A stretch of 64,000 nucleotides of DNA from Candidatus Cloacimonadota bacterium (GTDB lineage: Bacteria; Cloacimonadota; Cloacimonadia; G963667145), in NCBI GenBank assembly GCA_963676615.1, contig OY781092.1, forward strand, positions 192,001 to 256,000, given 5' to 3'. Position 1 is the first letter of the stretch, and the number at the start of each line of letters is the position of its first letter. Shown one piece after another: positions 28,772 through 38,273 of the stretch. The translations under genes were made by a program, and so were the position numbers. The notes beneath the pieces are model-generated. The model was not told the DNA's origin, did no database searches, and saw only the letters and a list, made by a program, of their open reading frames with translations.

Positions 28772-29943
28772 ATTTTTTGCAAAGCTTCGCCCAGAGCGGC
28801 GATCAAATCTTTGGGGTCTTCTAGCCCAATGGAGAGCCGCACCATCGAAGGCGTCAGTCCGAAATCGGCGAGTTTGTCTTGCGGGTAGCAAAAGTGGGTC
28901 ATCGCCGCGGGAACTTCGATTAGCGATTCGCAATCTCCTAGCGAAACGGCGAGTTTGAACAGCTGAATGTTGTCGGCTAAAATTTTGGCAGATTGCAGGC
29001 CGCCTTTGGTCTCAAAGCTGATAATGCCGCCAAATTTGCCGCTCATTTGTTTTTTTGCCAAATCGTGTTGGACAAAGTCGTGCAAGCCTGGATACCTCAC
29101 ATTTTGCACTTTGGGATGTTCAACCAAAAATTCGGCGACCTTTAGGGCAGAATCGCAATGTTTTTGCATTCGCAAGCCAAGAGTTTTTATCCCTCGCAAA
29201 ATCAAAAAGGCGTTGAACGGGCTGAGCACGCCGCCGAGTTCGCACATATAGTTGAATTTCAGGTCGTTTATGTAATCTTTTTCACGGGCGATGGCGATTC
29301 CGCCGATGGAGTCTCCGTGTCCGCAAAGGTATTTGCTGGCGCTATGCACCACCACATCTGCGCCCAAATTTAGCGGTTGAGTGAGATACGGCGTTGCGAA
29401 AGTGTTGTCGATTACCACAAAAATTTTGTGCGCTTTGGCGATTTGGCAGATTTTTTGGATGTCGATAATATCGAGATTCGGATTTGCAGGTGTTTCGAAA
29501 TAGATCACCTTGGTTGCGGCGGAGATGTGATTTTCTAGGTCGGAAAGCTTGGTGAGGTCTAAAATTTTGGGCGTGATTTTGTATTTTGGCAAAAGTTTGC
29601 AGATAACGCTGTGAGACGAGCCGTAGAGCGTGCGATGGGCGATAATTTCGTCTCCAGAAGCCAAAAGTGAGAGCAAAACCGAGGAGATGGCTGCCATTCC
29701 AGAGGCGAAAGCCACTGCGCCAGCGCCGTCTTCTAGCTGGCTCATTTTGTCCTCCAGTTCCCGCAAAGTGGGGTTGTTGCCGCGCGTGTAAACGAAGTCG
29801 TCGCTTTTGAAACTCATCACATTTTGCACATCGGCAATGGAGTCGAAAGTGAAGGTCGAGCTCATCGAAATGGGCGAGTTTAAGGCTTTGCAAAAAGTTT
29901 TCGCCTCTTTTTGCCCGTGGATAGTTTTGGTGTCGAATTGCAC
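28768..29943 (-). CDS. PLP-dependent trans-sulfuration enzyme (methionine gamma-lyase/cystathionine lyase family)
   Basis: YTRGNNPT, ASGMAAI, ETPANP, DNTFATP, HSASKYLCGHGD, AVSLGD. Confidence 0.9.
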   Translation of the reverse strand: MQFDTKTIHGQKEAKTFCKALNSPISMSSTFTFDSIADVQNVMSFKSDDFVYTRGNNPTLRELEDKMSQLEDGAGAVAFASGMAAISSVLLSLLASGDEIIAHRTLYGSSHSVICKLLPKYKITPKILDLTKLSDLENHISAATKVIYFETPANPNLDIIDIQKICQIAKAHKIFVVIDNTFATPYLTQPLNLGADVVVHSASKYLCGHGDSIGGIAIAREKDYINDLKFNYMCELGGVLSPFNAFLILRGIKTLGLRMQKHCDSALKVAEFLVEHPKVQNVRYPGLHDFVQHDLAKKQMSGKFGGIISFETKGGLQSAKILADNIQLFKLAVSLGDCESLIEVPAAMTHFCYPQDKLADFGLTPSMVRLSIGLEDPKDLIAALGEALQKI

Positions 29944-30085
29944 TTTGTCTGTTCCTTTATTTGGTAAATTTGTCTTAAAAACTTTTTTGGGCGGCAGATG
30001 TCAAGAGTTTATAATTGACGATTTTCCCGCGTTCCTTTTTTTGAAGTTTCTAGTTGAAAAAGCGAAAATTATCAAGGAGTTTGTT

Positions 30086-31345
30086 GTGCAAAAAATAGCC
30101 GAGAAAATGCAAAAAGCGGGCTTGCCAGCCAGAGTTATCGACGATTTTTTATTTTATAGACAAGAGGCGAGCTTGCCAAAAAGCGGCTATGTGAGCGAGG
30201 CGGAGATTGAGCCTTTGCAGCAGCACGATTTGGCAGAATACGGGAGATTGCCGCAAAAGAAAAAGCGCTGCCAAGCAAAAGCGGCGGTGATAAAGCTTAA
30301 CGGCGGATTGGGGACTTCGATGGGGCTGACGCGCGCCAAGAGCCTTATCAATGTCAAAAACGGACTTAATTTTTTGGATATTATCGTAGGGCAAATTTTG
30401 GCTCGCCAGCTGCAACTGCCGCTGATTTTTATGAACAGCTTTGCCACGGCGGACGACAGCCGAGCGCATCTTGTCAAATTTTCGGAGTTGCAAAAGCAAA
30501 AAATTCCCCTAGATTTTATGCAAAACAGCTATCCAAGGCTTTTGGCGAAAAATTTTGAGCTGTGCGATTTTGCCGACGAGGAGCAAAACTGGTCGCCGCC
30601 TGGACACGGCGATATCTATACGGCGCTGGAGGTTAGCGGCGTTTTGCAGAAGCTCTTGGACGCGGGAATCGATTACGCTTTCATCTCTAATTCTGATAAT
30701 TTGGGGGCGTGTTTTGACGAAAAAATTTTGCAATATTTTGCCGAAAGTGGCTTGGATTTTATGATGGAGGTGTGCAAGCGGACGCCGATGGATAAAAAAG
30801 GCGGTCATTTGTGCAAAAAAGGCGGCAAGATTATTTTGCGGGAGTTGGCGCAGACCAAAGAGCAGGATTTGGTTTTTTTTCAGGATATCGAAAAGCACCG
30901 CTATTTTAATACCAACAATTTGTGGGTGAATTTGCGGTCGTTGCGGGCGATGGGCGAGTTTCGCCTGCCTTTGATTGTTAATCCGAAAATGGTGCAAGGG
31001 CAGAAAGTTGTGCAACTGGAGACAGCTATGGGCAGCGCGATTTCGGTGTTTGAGAAGAGCAAAGTGTTGCTTGTGCCCAGAAGCAGATTTTTGCCTGTTA
31101 AAAAAACGAGCGACCTTTTGTTGATGCGTTCCGATTTTTTTGAGTTGAGCGAAGATTTTCTGCTGGAGGCTCGTTGCGATGAATTGCCTGTAATTGATGT
31201 GAATCCAGAGTTTTACGGCACTTTGCGGCAGTTGGACGAAAAAGTTAGGGTTGTGCCGTCGCTGCGGGATTGCAAGAGTTTAGCATTAAAAAATGATTAT
31301 ATGTTTGACAAGCCACGCAGGTTCGTGGGTAATTGCATTGTCTAG
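30086..31345 (+). CDS. UTP-glucose-1-phosphate uridylyltransferase, eukaryote-type UDPGP family
   Basis: KLNGGLGTSMG, PPGHGD, SNSDNLGA, DKKGG, FNTNNLW, QLETAMG, RFLPVK; GTG 30086 after AAGGAG. Confidence 0.92.
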   Translation: MQKIAEKMQKAGLPARVIDDFLFYRQEASLPKSGYVSEAEIEPLQQHDLAEYGRLPQKKKRCQAKAAVIKLNGGLGTSMGLTRAKSLINVKNGLNFLDIIVGQILARQLQLPLIFMNSFATADDSRAHLVKFSELQKQKIPLDFMQNSYPRLLAKNFELCDFADEEQNWSPPGHGDIYTALEVSGVLQKLLDAGIDYAFISNSDNLGACFDEKILQYFAESGLDFMMEVCKRTPMDKKGGHLCKKGGKIILRELAQTKEQDLVFFQDIEKHRYFNTNNLWVNLRSLRAMGEFRLPLIVNPKMVQGQKVVQLETAMGSAISVFEKSKVLLVPRSRFLPVKKTSDLLLMRSDFFELSEDFLLEARCDELPVIDVNPEFYGTLRQLDEKVRVVPSLRDCKSLALKNDYMFDKPRRFVGNCIV

Positions 31346-31385
31346 CTTCGGACAGAAGAAATTTGACGATTTTTAAGGAGTGAAA

Positions 31386-32561
31386 ATGTTGAGTAAAAGA
31401 GCGCAAGCTATCAAATCTTCGCCTACAATGGCGGTGGCTGCTAAGGCGAAACAGATGGTCGGTCAAGGAATTGATGTGGTTAATTTTGGCGTTGGAGAGC
31501 CAGATTTTAACACGCCAGATTACATTAAAGAGGCTGGCAAAAAGGCGATTGACGACAATTTTACCCGCTATACGCCTGCTCCTGGGATGCCCGAGCTGCG
31601 CAAGGCGATTGCCAAAAAGCTGAAGGTTCAAAACAATTTGGATTACTCTTTCGATGAGGTTATCGTCTCTCCTGGCGGCAAGGCGAGCTTGTTTTATTTG
31701 ATGTTCACGATTTGCGATCCGGGCGATAAGGTGATTGTGCCGGCGCCGTATTGGGTGACTTATCCTGCGCAGATTGAGCTCTCGGATGGCATTCCTGTGA
31801 TTTTGCAGACGAAGCAAGAGAACGATTTTAAGATTGAAATGTCGGAACTGGAGAAGTTGGTGCAAAAAGAGGGCAAGATTAAGGCGATAATTTTGAACTC
31901 TCCGTCTAATCCGACGGGCAGTGTTTACACAAAGCAAGAGCTGACGAATATTGGCGAGTTTTGTGTGAAAAACGGGATTTTGATAATTTCTGACGAGATT
32001 TATGAGGAGCTGGTTTATCAGGGCGAGTTCGTTTCTGTGGCGGAATGTTCGCCGGCGATTAAAGATATTACGGTGGTTGTTAACGGGGCGTCGAAGGCTT
32101 TTGCGATGACAGGCTGGCGTCTTGGTTACACGGCTGGTCCAAAGCAGATAATCGCCAAAATGAGCAGCATCCAGTCGCAAGTTTCGTCCAATGTCAACTC
32201 GATTAGCCAAAAGGCTTTCATCACGGCGCTGGAGGATAGAGCCGACGATGTGGAGAAGATGCGGGCAGAGTTTGATAAACGGCGGAAGTTTTTGGTTGCC
32301 GAGCTTAACTCGATTCAGGGCGTTAAATGTTCGATGCCGACGGGCGCTTTTTACGCTTTTCCCGATATTTCGGCGTTTTTGGGAACAAAAGTTAAAGATG
32401 ATTTGGAATTTTGTAACTATATGCTCGAGAATTATCACATTGCGATAGTGCCAGGCTCGGCTTTTGGTGCGGATGGTTGTGTTAGATTTTCCTACGCTAA
32501 CTCGATGGACAACCTCGTGGAAGGAATAAAAAGGTTTAAAGAAGGGTTAAAAAGTTTATAA
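31386..32561 (+). CDS. aspC: Class I/II aminotransferase (aspartate aminotransferase-like)
   Basis: GEPDF, NSPSNPTG, SDEIY, SKAFAMTGWRLG. Confidence 0.85.
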   Translation: MLSKRAQAIKSSPTMAVAAKAKQMVGQGIDVVNFGVGEPDFNTPDYIKEAGKKAIDDNFTRYTPAPGMPELRKAIAKKLKVQNNLDYSFDEVIVSPGGKASLFYLMFTICDPGDKVIVPAPYWVTYPAQIELSDGIPVILQTKQENDFKIEMSELEKLVQKEGKIKAIILNSPSNPTGSVYTKQELTNIGEFCVKNGILIISDEIYEELVYQGEFVSVAECSPAIKDITVVVNGASKAFAMTGWRLGYTAGPKQIIAKMSSIQSQVSSNVNSISQKAFITALEDRADDVEKMRAEFDKRRKFLVAELNSIQGVKCSMPTGAFYAFPDISAFLGTKVKDDLEFCNYMLENYHIAIVPGSAFGADGCVRFSYANSMDNLVEGIKRFKEGLKSL

Positions 32562-34705
32562 TGCGAAAATATTTTCTTCTCTTTTTTTTAGTTGCCGGCT
32601 CGCTTCTTGTTGCGGCGTTGCCAGAGGCTCTGCAGGGTCGGTATAAGTTCGTTTTTCCGATGGATGATGGGCTGTATAAGGTTTGCGAGGGTAAATATTG
32701 GGGAGTTGTCAATAAGGATAACGAGCCGATTATCACGATTGAGTTTCAGCAAGTTGGGGATTTTTCTGATGGACTGATAAGGGCAAGAGGCGGCAATCTT
32801 TGGGGCTATTTGAATAACGAGGATAAAGTTGTTATTGATTTTATGTATCGAGAGGCGGACGATTTTCGTAATGGCATAGCAAGGGTGCGCAAAGAGTGGA
32901 AATATGGTTATATCGACAAAGAGAACAAGCCCGTGATTCCTTTGATTTACGATTTGCTCTCACGCCCAGAAGAGGGGATTATTACTTTCAAAAAAGGCGA
33001 CACGGTCGGCATTTTAAACGAAGAAAATGAAAGACTTACATCTAAAAAATATTTTCCGCGCGGATTACGCAAAGTCTATCTCAATGGGCGCTATGGCTTT
33101 ATCAATCCTCAGGGCAAAATTGTCGTGCCTATTCAATATGAGGAGATGAACAAAATTTCCGACGATTTTTTCAGTTTTTTGTCTGAAAACAAAGAGGGCG
33201 TTATAAATCCTTATGCGAATAAAATTATCGTTCCCAGTGGTGTTTACGACAAGATTTTGGGGCTGAAAGACGATTTTTTTTATGTCAGCAAAGATTATAA
33301 AGTGGGGCTTATTGGCACAAATGGCGAAGTTGTGGTTGCTCCAGACGAGTACGACACAATTTACGGCTTTAATGGGCAAATCGCAAAAGTGAAAAAGGGC
33401 GATTTGTATGGCGTGATAAATAGAGCGGGAGCGCTGGTCATTCCTGTCAGGTATAAAGAAATTTCAGTGCTCAAAAATGGTTATATTCGTGGAACTAACG
33501 ACGGCAAATTTTATCCCGTTGGTAGAGAAAAGAGGACATATTTTAGCTATAAATTTATAAACGATAGTTTGAGCGATTTGTGCGTGGTTGTGGACGATGG
33601 AATGAGCAAAATTTTGGATGCCAAAACTGGCGATTTGTTGACTAGAAAAAAGTTTGACTATGTGGGGACGAAACTTTACGAGGACGATTTGGTCTATATT
33701 TCTGACAATAAAATTCCTCGTCACTTTGGCTTTTTTAATATTCGTAAAGCAAAAGAGGTGGTGCCGATTAAGTTTGAGGTTTTGCAAAAAACGCTTTTTA
33801 ACAACATCTATCTTGTTAAAGAAGACGGTAAAATGGGGCTTATTTTTGTGACTGATGCCAAATATCGCTATGTTATTAAACCGCAATACGATGAGCTTTC
33901 GCTGGTGAAGATTGCGCCGAATTTTTTGCGAACAAAGACTGAAAAAGGTTACGGTTTGGTTTCCGAAAAAGGTCAGGTGCTTTTATCTGCAAAATATGAA
34001 AACATCACGCCTTTTGAAAAAGGTGGAGCGAAAGTCGAGTTAGATGCGAAGTTTGGAGCGGTAAATTCTGCGGGAAAGTTGTATGTGCCAGCGGAGTATA
34101 TCTATTTGGAGCCTTATAATACGCAAGATTTTTTGGTCGCCAAAAAGCTTTATAAGTTTGGCGTTCTCAATGCAAGGGGCAGAGAGGTTGTCCCGTTTGA
34201 ATACGACCGAATTGATCCTGTTACCAACGGCATTGGCGTTTGTATGATAAATGGCGGCTATGGATTTTTGGGAGCTGACGGCAAGACTCGCGTCCCAACA
34301 AAATATCAGTCAATTTTGGGACTGAGCGGAGATTTTGTTCGCACGGAGTTCGCCTATAAATTTGGGGTGATGACCAAAAAAGGGAAAGAGCTTATCAAGC
34401 CGTCGCTTGATGCGGTTACAGATAGAAATGACGGATTTTTGCTTTTGGTAAAAGACGGGAAAGCTGGCTTGATGAGCCCAAAAGGCAAACTTTTAACGCC
34501 GTATACTTATCAAGCCATCGGCAAATTCCGCGAGGGTTTAGCGATTGTGAAAAAAGATGGTCGGTTCGGCTTCATCGATATGAACGGAAGGGTGCAAATC
34601 CCGATTATTTACAACAATGTGAAAAATTTTGTTGATGGAGTCTCTTTTGTGAATTTGAACGGCGAGCCGATGCGGATTGATAAAAACAACAAAATTTTAG
34701 AATAG
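32561..34705 (+). CDS. Exported WG-repeat (KWG Leptospira-type) protein
   Basis: Signal peptide; many K(W/Y/F)G.I...G...IP..Y units and F.(D/E)GLA motifs. Confidence 0.88.
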   Translation: MRKYFLLFFLVAGSLLVAALPEALQGRYKFVFPMDDGLYKVCEGKYWGVVNKDNEPIITIEFQQVGDFSDGLIRARGGNLWGYLNNEDKVVIDFMYREADDFRNGIARVRKEWKYGYIDKENKPVIPLIYDLLSRPEEGIITFKKGDTVGILNEENERLTSKKYFPRGLRKVYLNGRYGFINPQGKIVVPIQYEEMNKISDDFFSFLSENKEGVINPYANKIIVPSGVYDKILGLKDDFFYVSKDYKVGLIGTNGEVVVAPDEYDTIYGFNGQIAKVKKGDLYGVINRAGALVIPVRYKEISVLKNGYIRGTNDGKFYPVGREKRTYFSYKFINDSLSDLCVVVDDGMSKILDAKTGDLLTRKKFDYVGTKLYEDDLVYISDNKIPRHFGFFNIRKAKEVVPIKFEVLQKTLFNNIYLVKEDGKMGLIFVTDAKYRYVIKPQYDELSLVKIAPNFLRTKTEKGYGLVSEKGQVLLSAKYENITPFEKGGAKVELDAKFGAVNSAGKLYVPAEYIYLEPYNTQDFLVAKKLYKFGVLNARGREVVPFEYDRIDPVTNGIGVCMINGGYGFLGADGKTRVPTKYQSILGLSGDFVRTEFAYKFGVMTKKGKELIKPSLDAVTDRNDGFLLLVKDGKAGLMSPKGKLLTPYTYQAIGKFREGLAIVKKDGRFGFIDMNGRVQIPIIYNNVKNFVDGVSFVNLNGEPMRIDKNNKILE

Positions 34706-34727
34706 ATTTTTCTGTTTTTTTAGACCG

Positions 34728-34784
34728 AACTCTTAGTTTTTCTTGGGTAAAATTGTTTGCTTGGAATTGCTAAGAGTTTTTTTT
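34728..34784 (+). terminator. Intrinsic terminator
   Basis: AACTCTTAG (34728) / CTAAGAGTT (34770) stem, extendable by G-U pairs, followed by a T run. Confidence 0.6.
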
Positions 34785-34798
34785 ATTGTGTAAATTTC

Positions 34799-34833
34799 TT
34801 GACAGTATTTAGGCGTTTAGCGAAATGGCTAAA
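34799..34833 (+). promoter_or_regulatory. Promoter (-35 TTGACA) with putative ArsR-family operator
   Basis: TTGACA at 34799; perfect inverted repeat TTTAGC-GAAATG-GCTAAA at 34816-34833 over the expected -10 region. Confidence 0.65.
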
Positions 34834-34865
34834 TAGAAAATATTTCATATTTAAAGGAGAGAAAA

Positions 34866-35168
34866 ATGGATTTGAGTAAAGAAAATTTCGCGGAAGTGAC
34901 AGCAAAAGGGACGGTTTTGGTCGATTTTTGGGCGCCTTGGTGCGGTCCGTGCAGGATGCTCTCGCCAGTGATTGACGAGCTGGAAAAGGAGATGGCTGAT
35001 GTGACTTTTGCCAAAGTGAATGTCGATGACGAGCCGGAGCTTGCCAAAGATTTCCAGGTGATGAGTATTCCAGCGGTGTTCATTCTGAAAGATGGTAAAA
35101 AAGTGGACGAGTTTGTTGGGGTGCAGCCAAAAGAGAGCATCGCCGCCAAGCTTAACGCTGCGAAATAG
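34866..35168 (+). CDS. trxA: Thioredoxin
   Basis: VDFWAPWCGPCR, VMSIP. Confidence 0.96.
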   Translation: MDLSKENFAEVTAKGTVLVDFWAPWCGPCRMLSPVIDELEKEMADVTFAKVNVDDEPELAKDFQVMSIPAVFILKDGKKVDEFVGVQPKESIAAKLNAAK

Positions 35169-35530
35169 TGGTTCGGCATCTAGCGATTTTTAAGGCGCTG
35201 GCGCACAAAACTAGGTTGCAGATCGTGCTGATGTTGCGCCGCCGCAGTTTGTGTGTTTACCAGATTACGGAGCTTATTGGTTGCTCGATGGCGACGATTT
35301 CGGCTCATCTGAAAGTTCTGAAAGATGTGCAACTCATTGATAGTCAAAAGGTTGACCAGCATGTTTATTATAACACAAATTGTTTGAGTTGCGGCGAAGA
35401 TTGCAATATTTGTCAGATGCTGGACGGTTTGGTTTTGGATGAGCAAACGCTGGATTTGCTCAGGAGAGTGGAGCAGAAGTTTCCGCCTTCAGACAAAATT
35501 TACGATTGCGAGAATGGAGATTTGAGGTAG
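35168..35530 (+). CDS. ArsR/SmtB family regulator with Cys-rich C-terminus
   Basis: FKALAHKTRLQI, LCV, TISAHLKVL; tail CLSCGEDCNIC. Confidence 0.88.
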   Translation: MVRHLAIFKALAHKTRLQIVLMLRRRSLCVYQITELIGCSMATISAHLKVLKDVQLIDSQKVDQHVYYNTNCLSCGEDCNICQMLDGLVLDEQTLDLLRRVEQKFPPSDKIYDCENGDLR

Positions 35531-35532
35531 TT

Positions 35533-36936
35533 ATGAAGAAGAAAAAGTTTGATTTGCTGGTTGTCGGGCTCGGACCTGCGGGAATGGCTGTGACGGCAAT
35601 GGGTGCGGCAATGGGACTAAAGGTTTTGGTCATCGAGCAAAATAAATTGGGCGGAGAGTGCTTGAATGTTGGGTGCATTCCGTCGAAGGCGCTACTGAAG
35701 GCCGCGGCGTCTGTGCACACTGCTGGTCATTTGTCCAAATTTGGGATAAATGCGCAGCTGGAGCTCTTGCGAAACGATTCTATGAGTGTCGTCAGGGGCA
35801 AGGTGGACAAGATAAACAATAAGAAGTTGCAAAAAACTTTTGAAAAAGCGACGATTGTAAAAGCTACCGCTTCTTTTGTTTCGCCGAAAGAGGTGCAGGC
35901 TGACGGGCAAATCTACACGGCGAAGAAAATTTTTATCGCCACGGGGACAACGCCGATGATTCCGCCGATTGCGGGGTTAGATCAAGTGCCGAAGTTGACC
36001 AACGAGAACATTTTCGACTTGGACGAATACCCCAAAAGCCTTACGATTATTGGCGGTGGAGCCATTGGCTGTGAGATGGCGCAAGCTTTTGCCAGAATGG
36101 GCACGAAGGTGACGGTGATGCACAAAGACGCTCACTTGTTGCCGCTTGGCGATGTTGAGGCTGGCGAGCTTTTGCAGGCGGAGTTTGCCAAAGAGGGAAT
36201 TGAGGTTTATAACGGCGCCAGCATTACCAAAGTGGAGGAAGTCGGCGGCGAGATTGTCACGCATTTGGGCGATGAAAAGGTTGTTTCGGAACGGATTTTG
36301 GTCGCTGCTGGTCGGTTTCCGTCGCTGAAAAAGCTGAATTTGGATGCCGCGAAAATCAAGTATAGCCGCAGTGGGATTGCGGTGAATCAGCATCTTCGCA
36401 CAAATCGCGCGGGCGTGTATGCCGTGGGCGATTGTAACGGCTTGGCGCTCTTTTCGCACGCGGCGATGCATCAGGGGATGTTGGCGTTGATGGACGCTAT
36501 TTCGCCGCTTAGGTTGTCGTTTTTGAAGCGCAAAAAATACTTGGTGCCGTGGTCGGTTTTTACCTCGCCAGAAGTGGCGCAAGTGGGTTTGGACGAAAAT
36601 CAGGCGAAGGAAAAGGGCTTGAAGTTTGAAGTGGTGAAGAAAGATTTTGCCGACTATGGCAGGCTCGTTGCGGACGGCGCGCCTGAAGGATTTATCAAGG
36701 TGCTGGTGAGCAAAACTGGCAAGATTTATGGCGCTACAATCGTTGGTGAGTCGGCGAGCGAGCTTATTCACGAGTGGATTTTTGCTATGCAAACGGGCAA
36801 AAAAATGCAGCACATTATGATGATGCAGCACAGTTTTCCAACGGTGTCGATGATCAACAAAATGGTTGCTGAGCAGTGGATGATGGGCAAAATGAAGCTG
36901 GGTTTTGTGCAAAAAATGGCGAAATGGCTGGTGTAG
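35533..36936 (+). CDS. Class I pyridine nucleotide-disulfide oxidoreductase (LpdA/MerA-like)
   Basis: GLGPAG, GGECLNVGCIPSKAL, IGGGAIGCE, YAVGD; C-terminal HSFPT. Confidence 0.9.
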   Translation: MKKKKFDLLVVGLGPAGMAVTAMGAAMGLKVLVIEQNKLGGECLNVGCIPSKALLKAAASVHTAGHLSKFGINAQLELLRNDSMSVVRGKVDKINNKKLQKTFEKATIVKATASFVSPKEVQADGQIYTAKKIFIATGTTPMIPPIAGLDQVPKLTNENIFDLDEYPKSLTIIGGGAIGCEMAQAFARMGTKVTVMHKDAHLLPLGDVEAGELLQAEFAKEGIEVYNGASITKVEEVGGEIVTHLGDEKVVSERILVAAGRFPSLKKLNLDAAKIKYSRSGIAVNQHLRTNRAGVYAVGDCNGLALFSHAAMHQGMLALMDAISPLRLSFLKRKKYLVPWSVFTSPEVAQVGLDENQAKEKGLKFEVVKKDFADYGRLVADGAPEGFIKVLVSKTGKIYGATIVGESASELIHEWIFAMQTGKKMQHIMMMQHSFPTVSMINKMVAEQWMMGKMKLGFVQKMAKWLV

Positions 36937-36940
36937 AGCG

Positions 36941-37300
36941 GTGAGTGTGCTGATAATTGGGGCGTCCAAAAAAGAGGAGCGTTATTCGCACAAGGCGATG
37001 AAATTGCTGTGGGAGCACGGCTACGAGGTGCTTTTGTTTCATCCGAAAGTGCGGGAGATTTTGGGGCACAAGGTAATCAACAGCTGGGATCAGGCGATTC
37101 CGCCGGTGGACACGGTGAGTGTGTATGTGAATCCAAAAACGCTCTGGGAGATGCGGGAAGATGTGGCGAATTTGCAGCCACGGCGGATAATTTTTAACCC
37201 CGGCACGGAGGACGAAAAACTGATTTCGTTCTTCCAAAAAAAGGGCATCCAAGCGCTGCAGGCTTGCACTTTGGTGATGCTCAAAACAGGAATTTTTTAG
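36941..37300 (+). CDS. CoA-binding protein (YccU-like)
   Basis: IIGASKKEERYS, DTVSVYV, IFNPGTE, ACTLVML. Confidence 0.88.
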   Translation: MSVLIIGASKKEERYSHKAMKLLWEHGYEVLLFHPKVREILGHKVINSWDQAIPPVDTVSVYVNPKTLWEMREDVANLQPRRIIFNPGTEDEKLISFFQKKGIQALQACTLVMLKTGIF

Positions 37301-37315
37301 AAAAAGAGGTGTTTG

Positions 37316-38263
37316 ATGAATAATCGATTGTCGTATTTTTATAACTCGTTTTTTGCAGTCGTGCTGGGCTTTTCGGGCTTTACGCTGGCTTTGCAAAAAG
37401 TCTCGCATTTGCTGGATTGGGGCGATGTCTATCTTTATTTTTTGGGCTTTACGATATTTTTGGCGGTGATAATTTTTGGCACCTATTTGGCAAAAATTTT
37501 CCGCTATCCGCAGGCGTTTTTGGCTGATCTTTCGCATCCGATTCGCATCAATTTTTTCCCTGTAATTCCCAAAGTTCTTTTAATTTTCAGCATAATATTT
37601 TTGCCGCTGCAGCTGGAAGTCGCCAGAATCTTGTGGTGGTGCGGCGCCGCTTCGCAGATATTTTTCTCGTTTTACAACATCTCGCAGTGGATAAATCGCG
37701 ATAACCTCGAGTATCATCACCTGAATCCAGCGTGGTTCATCCCCGTTGTGGGAAATGTTATCGCGCCGATTGCGGGCGTGCGGCTTGGCTACGAGCAGCT
37801 TTCGTGGTTTTTTTTCGCCATCGGAATTTTTATGTGGCTGGTTCTTTTCAGCATCGTTATCAATCGCATTTTGTTTCATAAACCCATACCAGACAAGCTG
37901 TTACCGTCGCTCTTTATTCTTTTTGCGCCGCCGTCGATAGCTTTCATCTCCTACACAAAACTTGTCGGGAATGTCGAAAATTTCGGCGTTGTCCTCTACT
38001 ATTTTTCGCTATTTTTGGCTGGATTGGTCTTTTTGCAGGGCAAAAAACTTTTGAAAATCGAATTTTCGCTGGCGTGGTGGGCATACTCATTCCCTTTGGC
38101 GGCGCTCACTGTGTCCACTTTGTTGTTTTACGAACTGACTCATTTTGTTTTCGTCAAAGGCTTGCTTTTTTTCTTCTTCGGGCTGCTGACATTTTTCGTC
38201 GCCCTTCTGTCTTATCTAACTTTGAAAGGCATAGCGCAGAAATCGCTCTGTCGCCCAGAATAA
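37316..38263 (+). CDS. SLAC1/TehA (TDT) family anion channel
   Basis: HPIRINFFP, NPAWFIPVVGN, LFILFAPP, WWAYSFP. Confidence 0.9.
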   Translation: MNNRLSYFYNSFFAVVLGFSGFTLALQKVSHLLDWGDVYLYFLGFTIFLAVIIFGTYLAKIFRYPQAFLADLSHPIRINFFPVIPKVLLIFSIIFLPLQLEVARILWWCGAASQIFFSFYNISQWINRDNLEYHHLNPAWFIPVVGNVIAPIAGVRLGYEQLSWFFFAIGIFMWLVLFSIVINRILFHKPIPDKLLPSLFILFAPPSIAFISYTKLVGNVENFGVVLYYFSLFLAGLVFLQGKKLLKIEFSLAWWAYSFPLAALTVSTLLFYELTHFVFVKGLLFFFFGLLTFFVALLSYLTLKGIAQKSLCRPE

Positions 38264-38273
38264 AGCCGTTGAT

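Noticed and set aside
28768..29943. Assigning the symbol mgl/megL
   Set aside because: It has LYGSS where characterised methionine gamma-lyases usually have YGC, so substrate specificity is uncertain.
29807..30085. Long upstream extensions in the ORF track (also 6118, 13862, 15242, 23657, 27758, 28933, 35506, 36905, 53297)
   Set aside because: They overlap neighbouring genes or promoters; downstream starts fit the RBS, ATGA overlaps or family N-termini better.
35533..36936. Calling the reductase merA or lpdA
   Set aside because: It lacks the C-terminal Cys pair and mer genes, and lacks the HPT..E dyad and neighbouring E1/E2 genes.
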